From Sedimentisphaeraceae bacterium JB056 (GTDB lineage Bacteria > Planctomycetota > Phycisphaerae > Sedimentisphaerales > Sedimentisphaeraceae): a stretch of 64,000 nt of DNA. The translations under genes and the position numbers were made by a program. The notes under the pieces were generated by a model that saw nothing but the letters and a program-made list of their open reading frames with translations, had not been told where the DNA came from and ran no database searches. Shown in pieces: positions 38,995-47,773 of the stretch; the stretch's first letter is position 1, and every line of letters starts with the position of its first letter. Location of the stretch: contig JBITAJ010000029.1 of NCBI GenBank assembly GCA_044440125.1, positions 256,001 to 320,000 on the forward strand. The letters run 5' to 3'.

Positions 38995-39302
38995 ATCAAC
39001 AGCCTCCGGGAATATTGTATTATAATACCGCCAAAATCAACAAATATCATTCTATTATTTTTTAATACTTCTTCAAGTGAAATGTGTATACCCCATAAAA
39101 TCAGGAGAGAAGCTAATTTGTTATTTTAACCTTTATAAGATGGCTGAAACTTGATTTTAGACTCATAATTAAGGTTTTTCCCTATATATATATTTGTCTT
39201 TGTATGTTATGCTTGTTAACTAAACGATATTATGGACAAGATTGTAATCAAATTGCCTGATGTAGAAGGTTTTGGAGTATTGTTTAACTGAAAGGACGTA
39301 CT

Positions 39303-39962
39303 ATGAAAAAATATATTTTATTAAGCTTGGCTGCTTTGGCTGTATTTATGAGCCCTGCGGTCGAAGCTGCATTGTTTGGAGGAAGTTATACTCTCCTTAC
39401 AACCGATGCTTTTGGTGATGGAATTGGCGGGCAGTCAATAACTGCCGGTCAGGACATTTCCAATGTGTGGGTGGGCGAAGATGCATCTAACTACTTCTTC
39501 AAGATGGACCTTTACGGGACTCCTCAAGCAGGGGCAGAGAATGACTTCGCCGGTGTTTACGGTATCTATTTGGATACCAACGCGAATTCATGGACAGCTT
39601 CTGGTGCTGCATACATCCCTGATGTTGTAGTCGATGAAGATATGGCATTGGATATGCACTTTGACGCTGTAGGGTCAGTCTATGTAGATATGGCACATCA
39701 GCATCAGTATATAACTCCTATTACATTCACAAGTACCTCTCTGGTAGATGGTTTAACTTATGAGTGGGGTGGAGATGCAAGTTTGGAATGGGCAATAGCT
39801 AAATCAGCCTTGCCTGAATCTTTTACTGTTAATTTTGTATCGTACGATGATGGCGGAACAAATCCGGCATACGATCAGACCGGTCCAATAACCGTTCCTG
39901 AACCGGCTACTATGGCTCTACTGGGCTTGGGTATGCTTGGTCTCAGGCGCAAGAAAAAATAA
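39303..39962 (+). CDS. PEP-CTERM sorting domain protein
   Basis: Signal peptide; C-terminal VPEPATMALLGLGMLGLRRKKK. Confidence 0.92.
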   Translation: MKKYILLSLAALAVFMSPAVEAALFGGSYTLLTTDAFGDGIGGQSITAGQDISNVWVGEDASNYFFKMDLYGTPQAGAENDFAGVYGIYLDTNANSWTASGAAYIPDVVVDEDMALDMHFDAVGSVYVDMAHQHQYITPITFTSTSLVDGLTYEWGGDASLEWAIAKSALPESFTVNFVSYDDGGTNPAYDQTGPITVPEPATMALLGLGMLGLRRKKK

Positions 39963-40056
39963 GAAGCTTCTTATATAAAGGGGGGCGGTCGAAGTGATCG
40001 ACTTCCTGTTTATGTTCCTTGGTTCCGATTTCTCTTGCATTGGGCATTTGATTACA

Positions 40057-40902
40057 TTATTTCAAAAGCACGTTGTCTATAAGTCTTGCAGGGCCTATTT
40101 TGACCGCTATTGCGGCGAGAGCTGTTCGTTCAACAGTCTCTATTGGTTCGAGCGTTTCAAAATCCACTATTTCAATATAGTCTGGTTGGGCTATTTTGCA
40201 CTCTGCTATCGTTGACTTTATCGTTTCTTTAAGCTTTTCAACATTTTTACAGCCGCTGTTGTATGAATCTTCGCATTTACATAGTGATTTGTAGAGTATT
40301 GAAGCTTGTTGTCTTTCTTCTGCTGAGAGATAGTCATTGCGGCTGCTCATCGCAAGACCGCTTTTTTCCCTGATGATAGGGCATACCCTGACTTCAAGCG
40401 GCAGATTTGTATCTTTTACCATTGCCTTAAGTACTGCTGCCTGTTGTGCGTCTTTCTGGCCGAAAAAAGCGATGTCCGGTTGTACTATATTAAAAAGCTT
40501 TGTGCATACGGTAGTTACGCCGCGAAAATGTCCGGGACGATTGGCTCCGCAGAGACTATCAGTAAGTTTGCCTTCTACTGTTACCCAGCATCTGTTCTTT
40601 ACCGGATACATTTCTTCCACTTCCGGAGCGAATATAAGGTCAATACCTACACTTTTGCATTTCTCTGCATCGGCGGAGAGATCTCTTGGATAAGAGGAAA
40701 AGTCTTCGGAAGGCCCGAATTGTGTAGGGTTAACAAAAATACTTACTATCACATAGCCGCATTCATCTTTAGCCTGATTCATCAAAGAAAGATGTCCGGC
40801 ATGCAAAGCACCCATTGTGGGTACGAATCCTATTTTTTTGCCATTTTTTTTTGCTGCAGCTACTTGCAGCCTTACTTCATCTATAGTCTTAACTATCTTC
40901 AT
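40057..40902 (-). CDS. panC: Pantoate--beta-alanine ligase
   Basis: VPTMGALHAGH, SIFVNPTQF, RPGHFRGV, FGQKDAQQ, GLAMSSRN and RLIDN. Confidence 0.98.
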   Translation of the reverse strand: MKIVKTIDEVRLQVAAAKKNGKKIGFVPTMGALHAGHLSLMNQAKDECGYVIVSIFVNPTQFGPSEDFSSYPRDLSADAEKCKSVGIDLIFAPEVEEMYPVKNRCWVTVEGKLTDSLCGANRPGHFRGVTTVCTKLFNIVQPDIAFFGQKDAQQAAVLKAMVKDTNLPLEVRVCPIIREKSGLAMSSRNDYLSAEERQQASILYKSLCKCEDSYNSGCKNVEKLKETIKSTIAECKIAQPDYIEIVDFETLEPIETVERTALAAIAVKIGPARLIDNVLLK

Positions 40903-40920
40903 ACCAGGTTAACCTCTATT

Positions 40921-42030
40921 TTACTGGTTTATTACATAATATTTGATCTCGTCAAACAATTTGTCAATACATGACTCGTTTCTGAAATCATACTGGCTTG
41001 CATCTAACCTTATTATAGGTGATTTTTTCCAGTTTCTGAGTATGTCTTCGTATTCGCCTGCAAGCTTGCAGAGGAAATCAGTTGTTATATCCTGTTCGTA
41101 CTTGCGGCTGCGAGTATGTATTCTTTCGAGACAGTTTTGTGCCGTATCACTGATGTCTATGATGAGCGTTGGCGTTGCTACCTGGCCTGAGGCCTCAAAA
41201 TATCTGTCATGAAAAATCTTGAAATCTTCGCTGCTCAACCATAGCTTGGGATATATCGTTGATTTTTCAAAGATGTAATCTGCTACATAAACGTTATCAG
41301 AGCTGAGGCCATCCTTCCTGAGTTCCGATAAGCTGTTTTCAAGAAAAAACAGCTCACTTTTGAGTGCAAGGTCATCTCTGCCTTCATAAACTAATGGCAG
41401 ATAAGGGTTTTCGTCATATTTCTCTTTAAGCAGTATACCTTTGAAACGTCTGGTCAGGCCTTCGGCAAGAGTTGTTTTGCCTACTCCTATAGGCCCACTC
41501 ATTTCTATTAAAGCAGGTTTTTCAGTATCAATAAAGTAATTGCCGCCCCCAAGTCTGTTGTTTAGCTGTCGGCATGTCCGTTTTAATACCGGGTGCTGCA
41601 TCTCAGGTTCCAATTGACACATTCCGTCAAGTACAAAGCTTCGGAGGTGCATTTGTTTATGGGGTATAGTTAGCTCTGAGGAGTCAATAACCTCATTCCC
41701 ATAAAAGATGATATCAAGGTCTATCGTTCTTGACATCCATTTGCCGTCTTTCTCTCTTCCGAGCTCTTTTTCTATATCTTGCAGTGCTTTAAGCAGTTCA
41801 AATGGATTCAGAGCCGTTTCTATCTCAATTATTCCATTGAGATATTCTGGTTGCGAGCGATCACTTAAAGGTGAAGTCGGGTACATTGAGCTGCACCGCG
41901 ATACACTTGTCGATGGTTTTGTATTTATAAGAGCAATAGCGTTAAGAATATTGCGCTGCTTATGCCCAAGATTGCTTCCGCATCCTATAAAAACAGTTTT
42001 TGTGTCTTCTATCATCAGATTGCCGTACAA
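40921..42030 (-). CDS. folK: HPPK (FolK) fused to a deoxynucleoside kinase domain
   Basis: GCGSNLG, RTIDLDI and LTIPH..MHLRSFVL, then P-loop GPIGVGKTT, ENPYL and RIHTRSRKYE. Confidence 0.9.
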   Translation of the reverse strand: MYGNLMIEDTKTVFIGCGSNLGHKQRNILNAIALINTKPSTSVSRCSSMYPTSPLSDRSQPEYLNGIIEIETALNPFELLKALQDIEKELGREKDGKWMSRTIDLDIIFYGNEVIDSSELTIPHKQMHLRSFVLDGMCQLEPEMQHPVLKRTCRQLNNRLGGGNYFIDTEKPALIEMSGPIGVGKTTLAEGLTRRFKGILLKEKYDENPYLPLVYEGRDDLALKSELFFLENSLSELRKDGLSSDNVYVADYIFEKSTIYPKLWLSSEDFKIFHDRYFEASGQVATPTLIIDISDTAQNCLERIHTRSRKYEQDITTDFLCKLAGEYEDILRNWKKSPIIRLDASQYDFRNESCIDKLFDEIKYYVINQ

Positions 42031-42076
42031 TACCAGACACGTTGAAGTGCCGGTTTAAACCTCGGTATATATTAAA

Positions 42077-43042
42077 TCAGCTAACTTCTCTTGATTGGAA
42101 CATTGCTGTTGCCAATGACAGTATACCGAAACAGTAACACATTGCGTATAAAGCACTTTTAGCAATATAGCTGCCGGGAACAGGGCTGTCCTGATATATT
42201 GCATCGCTTATCCAGAATACCTGGAGATTGGGAACCAGTACGCGGGCTGCTTTTGCCAATAAATAGGTGTCGGCGAATCTTCCGAATACGTAGTCGCTTA
42301 TCAGTCCAAGAAGGAACATTCCTACGCAAAATGAGAGAGTTATGACAATATTGAATCTTGTAGAAAACATTATAGCCAGAGACACTATCGCTATGATCGC
42401 AAGCAGAAGCAATATTGAACTGTATATATCAAATATCTGGAAATGATTGTCTGCCGGGTTGAATTTCCAACTGCTGTCAAAAAACGCCAGAAATGCAGTT
42501 CCTATGGTGCCGACTGTTGTTCCTGTCACTATTGTTGCTGCCGGGAAATTCCAATCCCATGAGAAGTTAAAGAATGCTCCTGCTGAAAAAGCGATTATCA
42601 AAGTCAGTCCTCCAACGAGCAGTACTGTAAGGTCCATCTCATCGGAAGCTGTCTGCATCACTCCATGTCTCATAACCATAAGCATGGTTATAGTACATAT
42701 GTAATGTGCGAGGGTAACTGCCCCTGTAACACCTATGAACTTGCCTATGACGAATATGAACCTTGGAACAGGCTTGCAAAGTAGGGTTGAAGCTGTTTTT
42801 GATTCCAGTTCGGCAGTGATTGCACTTGCTGATGCAAATATAGCAATGAACAAACCTGACAAAAACAGCGTAGATAAACATATTTCTCTTAGCAGTTTGT
42901 TATCGTCATCAATGGAATACATTGTGATTGAAGGACTTAAGATAAGAAGAATCAACGAAATAAGAAGTATTACCGCGAATACCGGCTGCCTGATGGCTTC
43001 GATGAAAGTATTTTTGGCTATTGCATATAGTTTTGACAGCAT
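42077..43042 (-). CDS. ABC-2 type permease (PilI/XapB-like)
   Basis: IAKNTFIEAIRQ and ELESKT...LCKPV.R..FVIGKFIG; multiple TM segments. Confidence 0.8.
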   Translation of the reverse strand: MLSKLYAIAKNTFIEAIRQPVFAVILLISLILLILSPSITMYSIDDDNKLLREICLSTLFLSGLFIAIFASASAITAELESKTASTLLCKPVPRFIFVIGKFIGVTGAVTLAHYICTITMLMVMRHGVMQTASDEMDLTVLLVGGLTLIIAFSAGAFFNFSWDWNFPAATIVTGTTVGTIGTAFLAFFDSSWKFNPADNHFQIFDIYSSILLLLAIIAIVSLAIMFSTRFNIVITLSFCVGMFLLGLISDYVFGRFADTYLLAKAARVLVPNLQVFWISDAIYQDSPVPGSYIAKSALYAMCYCFGILSLATAMFQSREVS

Positions 43043-43292
43043 TTAGCTAAACCTCGTTAGTATTTTTTTATGGTTGATTTTTTGTTATATCTTTATAAAC
43101 TTACCGCTTGCCTGAATTATATGTTTTCAGGTATGTTTGTGAAGAGATTATTATAACTTAAAAATCTCCTTATAAACAGTTAAAAACGCAAGTATTTGCG
43201 AAAGAGTAGTTTATACTACTAATAGAGTTATATTTCCGTTTAGAAAAATTGTTCGTTACAAATTAAGTTTTAATCCTTTTTTGGGAAAAGAT

Positions 43293-45350
43293 ATGAAAAC
43301 ATCTTCTAAACGAGCACAATATCTGTCTATAACAGGTGCGGTGCTTAGTGTTGCAGGCTTCCTTGTCTGCTTAGTTATCGGTGCGGTTGCCGGGATATTA
43401 CCGGCTAAGTTTCTTGCCTGGCAAGTTTTAGGCGGAACTTTAATTTGGGTATATCTTGCAGTTTATTTCCGTAATCGTGCACTTTCAGAGCAAGAAAAAC
43501 TCGATGCAGCATCCTTGAATAAGTCGGAAGACAGCACGATCTTCCAGAGCAGTGAGCAAAGAGAAGCTCTATTCAGTGTAGCCCAGAAACGATTTGATTC
43601 GTTCAGTAAATGGGGTACACTTGTTTTTTCTATACTTATAGCTGTATATAGTATAGCTATAGGTTTTTGGATGCTTAAAAGCTCTGGAAATGTGACGGAT
43701 GTAGAGGTTACCTCTCCATTGGCAGGTGCCTGTGCAATGATTGTTGTTGCATTTTTCTCATTCCTTATTGCCCGTTATGCAACAGGTATGAGTGTTGAGA
43801 ATGAATGGAAGCCGCTCAAGGCCGGTGGAAGCTATCTTCTTGGAAGTGCTCTTCTTGCGTTTGTTATTGCCATAGGTTTGGCATTGGAGTTCTTCCAGTT
43901 TACAGTAATTGTAAGCGTGATGGCTTGGGTAGTACCTATCATAATGATTGTCTATGGTGTTGAGACTATACTTAATACCGTTTTTGATATCTATCGTCCG
44001 CGAATTGAAGGACAATATCACAGAGTCGGTTTTGACAGCCGTATATTTGGTATAATCAATGAGCCGGGAAGTATTCTTCATACTGCCGCAAGTACCATTG
44101 ACTATCAATTCGGTTTCAAGGTATCACAGACGTGGTTTTATAAGCTGCTCGAAAAGGCAGTTATGCCGCTTATTTTGTTCCTGATTTTCTGTGCTTATAT
44201 CTCAACCAGTGTCATCAAGGTTGGGCCGGGTCAGCAGGCTGTTATTGAGCATTTTGGATCAACTAACAATGGGGCAAGGGTTATCAACCCCGGTTTGCAT
44301 TTCAAATGGCCTTGGCCTATAGACGTTGCCAACATTCATGACACCGAGAGGGTTCAGCAGATAAATGTTGGTTTTGTTACTGAAGAAGAAGAGATGTTTG
44401 ATGAGAACGGTTTGCCGATCAAAAAACCGTTGCTTTGGGGCCAGAAGCATTACGAAACAGAATATCGCCTGCTTGTAGCTACTGAAAATGAAGATGGCAT
44501 AAATGATGGTGGTGCGGTTCCTGTAAGTATTATTATTGCTGCAGTTCCCATACAGTATAAAGTTAAGGATGTTTATCAATTTATCTATAAGCATAATGAT
44601 CCGAAGGTTACGCTTCGTGATATCGCTTATAGAGAAGTTGCAAGATATATGGCCAGTGCCAAGCTTGAAACGGGAGTCTTTGGCAGTAAGGATTCTGAGA
44701 ACCAAAGTGTTCTTGGAGCAGGCAGAAATGCCGCTTCTCACGAGCTTCAGAAAAAGATACAGCAAAGTGCTGATGAGATCGAACTTGGTGTTGAGATAGT
44801 TATGGTCGGGCTTGAGGGAATTCACCCGCCGCTTGAAGTTGCACCCGATTATGAGAGGGTTATCGGTTCAATCCAGCAGCGTCAAAGATTCATACTTGAC
44901 GCTCTCTCTGAGCAAAACAAGATTCTCACAGAACTTGGTGGTTCAATACCTCAGGTAGATGAGCTTTATGCTTTGGCTCAGAAATACCAGAATACAAAGA
45001 ATCAGCTTTCTGAAGCTGAACAAGCTGAAATGCTCAAACAAATCGATACGGCTTTCGAGCAGGCAAGCGGTGAGATATTTAAGAAGCTTTCTGAAGCAAA
45101 GAGATACTCATATGAAAGAGCTCAAATAGCTCAGGCTACAGGTGAAAGATTTGACAGTCAGGTTAAAGCTTATCAGGCTGCTCCAGAAATCTATAAGCAA
45201 AATCAAAGGCTTACTACTCTTGAAGATATTCTAAGTAATATTCGCAAATATGTTATTGTCTCAGATGATAATGACAGTGAGGTTATGATAGTTGATCTTC
45301 AGGAAGAGTTGTCCCCAAGTCTTTATGATATAGATGTTCCGGAAGAGTAA
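43293..45350 (+). CDS. SPFH/HflK-like protein with multi-pass membrane N-terminal domain
   Basis: About 7 TM helices, then VGPGQQAVIEHFG, PGLHFKWPWPID, IHPPLEVAPDYE and YQAAPEIY. Confidence 0.82.
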   Translation: MKTSSKRAQYLSITGAVLSVAGFLVCLVIGAVAGILPAKFLAWQVLGGTLIWVYLAVYFRNRALSEQEKLDAASLNKSEDSTIFQSSEQREALFSVAQKRFDSFSKWGTLVFSILIAVYSIAIGFWMLKSSGNVTDVEVTSPLAGACAMIVVAFFSFLIARYATGMSVENEWKPLKAGGSYLLGSALLAFVIAIGLALEFFQFTVIVSVMAWVVPIIMIVYGVETILNTVFDIYRPRIEGQYHRVGFDSRIFGIINEPGSILHTAASTIDYQFGFKVSQTWFYKLLEKAVMPLILFLIFCAYISTSVIKVGPGQQAVIEHFGSTNNGARVINPGLHFKWPWPIDVANIHDTERVQQINVGFVTEEEEMFDENGLPIKKPLLWGQKHYETEYRLLVATENEDGINDGGAVPVSIIIAAVPIQYKVKDVYQFIYKHNDPKVTLRDIAYREVARYMASAKLETGVFGSKDSENQSVLGAGRNAASHELQKKIQQSADEIELGVEIVMVGLEGIHPPLEVAPDYERVIGSIQQRQRFILDALSEQNKILTELGGSIPQVDELYALAQKYQNTKNQLSEAEQAEMLKQIDTAFEQASGEIFKKLSEAKRYSYERAQIAQATGERFDSQVKAYQAAPEIYKQNQRLTTLEDILSNIRKYVIVSDDNDSEVMIVDLQEELSPSLYDIDVPEE

Positions 45351-45435
45351 CCAGTTGAGAAGGACAGCCCGCTGAATGGGCTTTAAGATATTAAAATCTA
45401 AAATTAATGATAAACGAATCTAAGGCATACAAAAG

Positions 45436-46365
45436 ATGAAAAATTTATCGACAACCATATTTGTTCTATTGATAGTTGTAGTTCTTGGTCTGAAACTTTG
45501 CAGTTACCAGGTAAGAGAGACTGAAAGTGTTCTCGTTACGAGATTTGGAAAGCCTGTGGCGGATAAGACAGAACCTTCACTTTATTTCAAATGGCCTACC
45601 CCTATTGAGAAGGTACACAGATTTGATTCACGTCTTCAAGTTTTTGAAGGCCAGATGGAAGAGACTACTACCAAGGGTGGTGAGCCGATTATAGTCACGA
45701 CTTATATGGTGTGGCGTATTTCTGAACCCCGTACATTCTTTGAGAGGGTTTCAACTGCTACAGATGTTCAGAAATTCCTGCTTAGTCAGCTTCGTAACGA
45801 GGCGAATGCTGTTATCGGTCGTCACTATTTCAGTGAATTCGTTAACACCGATCCTGAGCAGATACATTTCAAAGCTATCGAGGATGAGCTTCTTGCAAGC
45901 CTGAAGAAAGAAATGGAGCAGGAGTACGGCATTGAGGTAAGACAGGTTGGTATCAAGCAGCTTGAGCTCAGTGAAGAAGTTACAAAAGAGGTCTTCGAAC
46001 GTATGCGTGCTGATAGAAATCGTAAGACAGAAGCCATTCTTGGTGAAGGTAATGCTACTGCTACCAAGATCAAGACAGATGCCGAGTCAAAGAAGACTGA
46101 ACTTCTTGCCGCAGCTGAAGCGAGAGCAAAGGCTATACGCGGTCAGGGTGATGCGGAAGCAGCTCAGTATTACAAGCTTCTTGAAAGCGATCCGGAGCTG
46201 GCAATGTTCCTTCGTGATCTTGAAGCACTCAAGAAAATGCTTAAAGATCGTTCTACAATAGTTCTTGGTGCCGAAACTGAGCCTATGAAGCTTCTTAAGG
46301 GTGTGCCGGATATCAAACCCGCCAGTTCTGAAACAGAAAACACAGAAACCAAGGCTTCAAACTGA
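45436..46365 (+). CDS. hflC: HflC-like SPFH protein
   Basis: Single TM, VTRFGKP, FKWP.PIE.V..FD.R, VFERMRADR, IRGQGDAEAA and FLRDLEALKK. Confidence 0.85.
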   Translation: MKNLSTTIFVLLIVVVLGLKLCSYQVRETESVLVTRFGKPVADKTEPSLYFKWPTPIEKVHRFDSRLQVFEGQMEETTTKGGEPIIVTTYMVWRISEPRTFFERVSTATDVQKFLLSQLRNEANAVIGRHYFSEFVNTDPEQIHFKAIEDELLASLKKEMEQEYGIEVRQVGIKQLELSEEVTKEVFERMRADRNRKTEAILGEGNATATKIKTDAESKKTELLAAAEARAKAIRGQGDAEAAQYYKLLESDPELAMFLRDLEALKKMLKDRSTIVLGAETEPMKLLKGVPDIKPASSETENTETKASN

Positions 46366-46386
46366 TCAGCGGAGGATTAACTAATT

Positions 46387-47679
46387 ATGGCACATGAACA
46401 CAACCATAAATGCGGCTGCGACCACCATCATCAGATCTCTAAAGAAGATCAGCAGATGAGTCAGGTGGAATTCGTGCAGGATATGGATTCGGGCAGTAAG
46501 GCTTTGGCTGAAGCGTTGCGTCTGAGTTTTGGAATATTAAAACTTATAATGGTAGTACTGGTGGTTCTTTTCTTTGCTTCAGGTATCTTTACCGTAGAGA
46601 AAAATGAAAAGGCTCTGGTACTGCGTTTTGGAAAGGTACTTTCCGATGGAAGCGGCACAAAGCTGCTTGAGCCGGGACTGCACTGGGCTTTTCCATATCC
46701 AATAGATGAAATCGTTAAAATTCCAGTAAGCGGTACGCAGAAACTTGCTATAGACAGCTTCTGGTATTTCGATCCAAGCCAGGGCAAGGGCAGAGTTCCT
46801 CAGTCTTTAAACCCTGTTCAGGACAGTTACTGCCTTACAAGAAATGATTCCATAGATGGAATGAAGAATAACGATTACAATATAGTTCATTGTAAATGGC
46901 AGCTTAACTATACGATTGAAGATGATCCGTTTGCATTTTTCAAGAATGTTAATGTAAGACCTGTTAAACCGGGTGAGGTTTATTCTGATGTTATAGCTGA
47001 AAGTGTTAAGCCGCTTCTTACAAGTGTATGCGATAATGCTGTTATCTCGACTCTTGTAAAGTACAGCATTGATGAAGCGACAACTACTGCAAAGTCCAGA
47101 ATTGCTTCGGAAGTGACTAAGATAGTACAGAAGAGATTGTCAGAGCTTGAGACTGGTATCATGGTAAAGGATATGCAGATACTTGTTATGACATGGCCAA
47201 GACAGGTGAATGACGCTTTTCAGGCTTCGATCAAGGCAAGTCAGACAAGAAAGAAAATCGAGACTGATGCCTGGGCTTATTACGAAAAGACGCTCAATGA
47301 AGCGGCCGGTCCATATGCCGAAGAAATTTATGCAGGCATTATGAATCCTGATACCACAGAGAAAGAGCTTGATGAGCTTTGGAGTTCATTGGCCGGTGAT
47401 GCAAGAAGCAAGATTGCTGATGCCAGGGCTTACAGAACAACTATCGTTGAGAATGCCAAGGCAAACGCTGATTATCTTAACAGAATATTACCTGAATATC
47501 AAAAGAGACCTGAGCTGGTTCTTCAGAAGATATATCAGGATGCTATGGAGCAGGTGCTTGATAATGTTGATGAGAAGATAATTGTCCAGCCTTCCGATAG
47601 TGAGAAGGGCAGGGAATTCAGGGTTCTGATAAACCGTGATCCCAAGATCAAAAAGGGCAATAAGAGTAACAGCAATTAG
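46387..47679 (+). CDS. HflK-like SPFH protein with His/Cys-rich N-terminus
   Basis: MAHEHNHKCGCDHHH, TM helix, VLRFGK, PGLHWAFPYPIDE, QVNDAF and LPEYQKRPEL. Confidence 0.85.
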   Translation: MAHEHNHKCGCDHHHQISKEDQQMSQVEFVQDMDSGSKALAEALRLSFGILKLIMVVLVVLFFASGIFTVEKNEKALVLRFGKVLSDGSGTKLLEPGLHWAFPYPIDEIVKIPVSGTQKLAIDSFWYFDPSQGKGRVPQSLNPVQDSYCLTRNDSIDGMKNNDYNIVHCKWQLNYTIEDDPFAFFKNVNVRPVKPGEVYSDVIAESVKPLLTSVCDNAVISTLVKYSIDEATTTAKSRIASEVTKIVQKRLSELETGIMVKDMQILVMTWPRQVNDAFQASIKASQTRKKIETDAWAYYEKTLNEAAGPYAEEIYAGIMNPDTTEKELDELWSSLAGDARSKIADARAYRTTIVENAKANADYLNRILPEYQKRPELVLQKIYQDAMEQVLDNVDEKIIVQPSDSEKGREFRVLINRDPKIKKGNKSNSN

Positions 47680-47773
47680 TCGTAAGTCATCGGTCTGCTT
47701 TTGTAGATCAGAAATTAATAATAGCATTATATAACTGCTATTTTCGGAATATTAAAATTAGTAAGAGATTGAT

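Noticed and set aside
43187..43220. Short dyads CGCAA-N4-TTGCG and AGTAGT-N4-ACTACT in the divergent promoter of the SPFH cluster
   Set aside because: Short and in AT-rich DNA, with no convincing MerR-type 19-bp spacer promoter; cannot be distinguished from chance.
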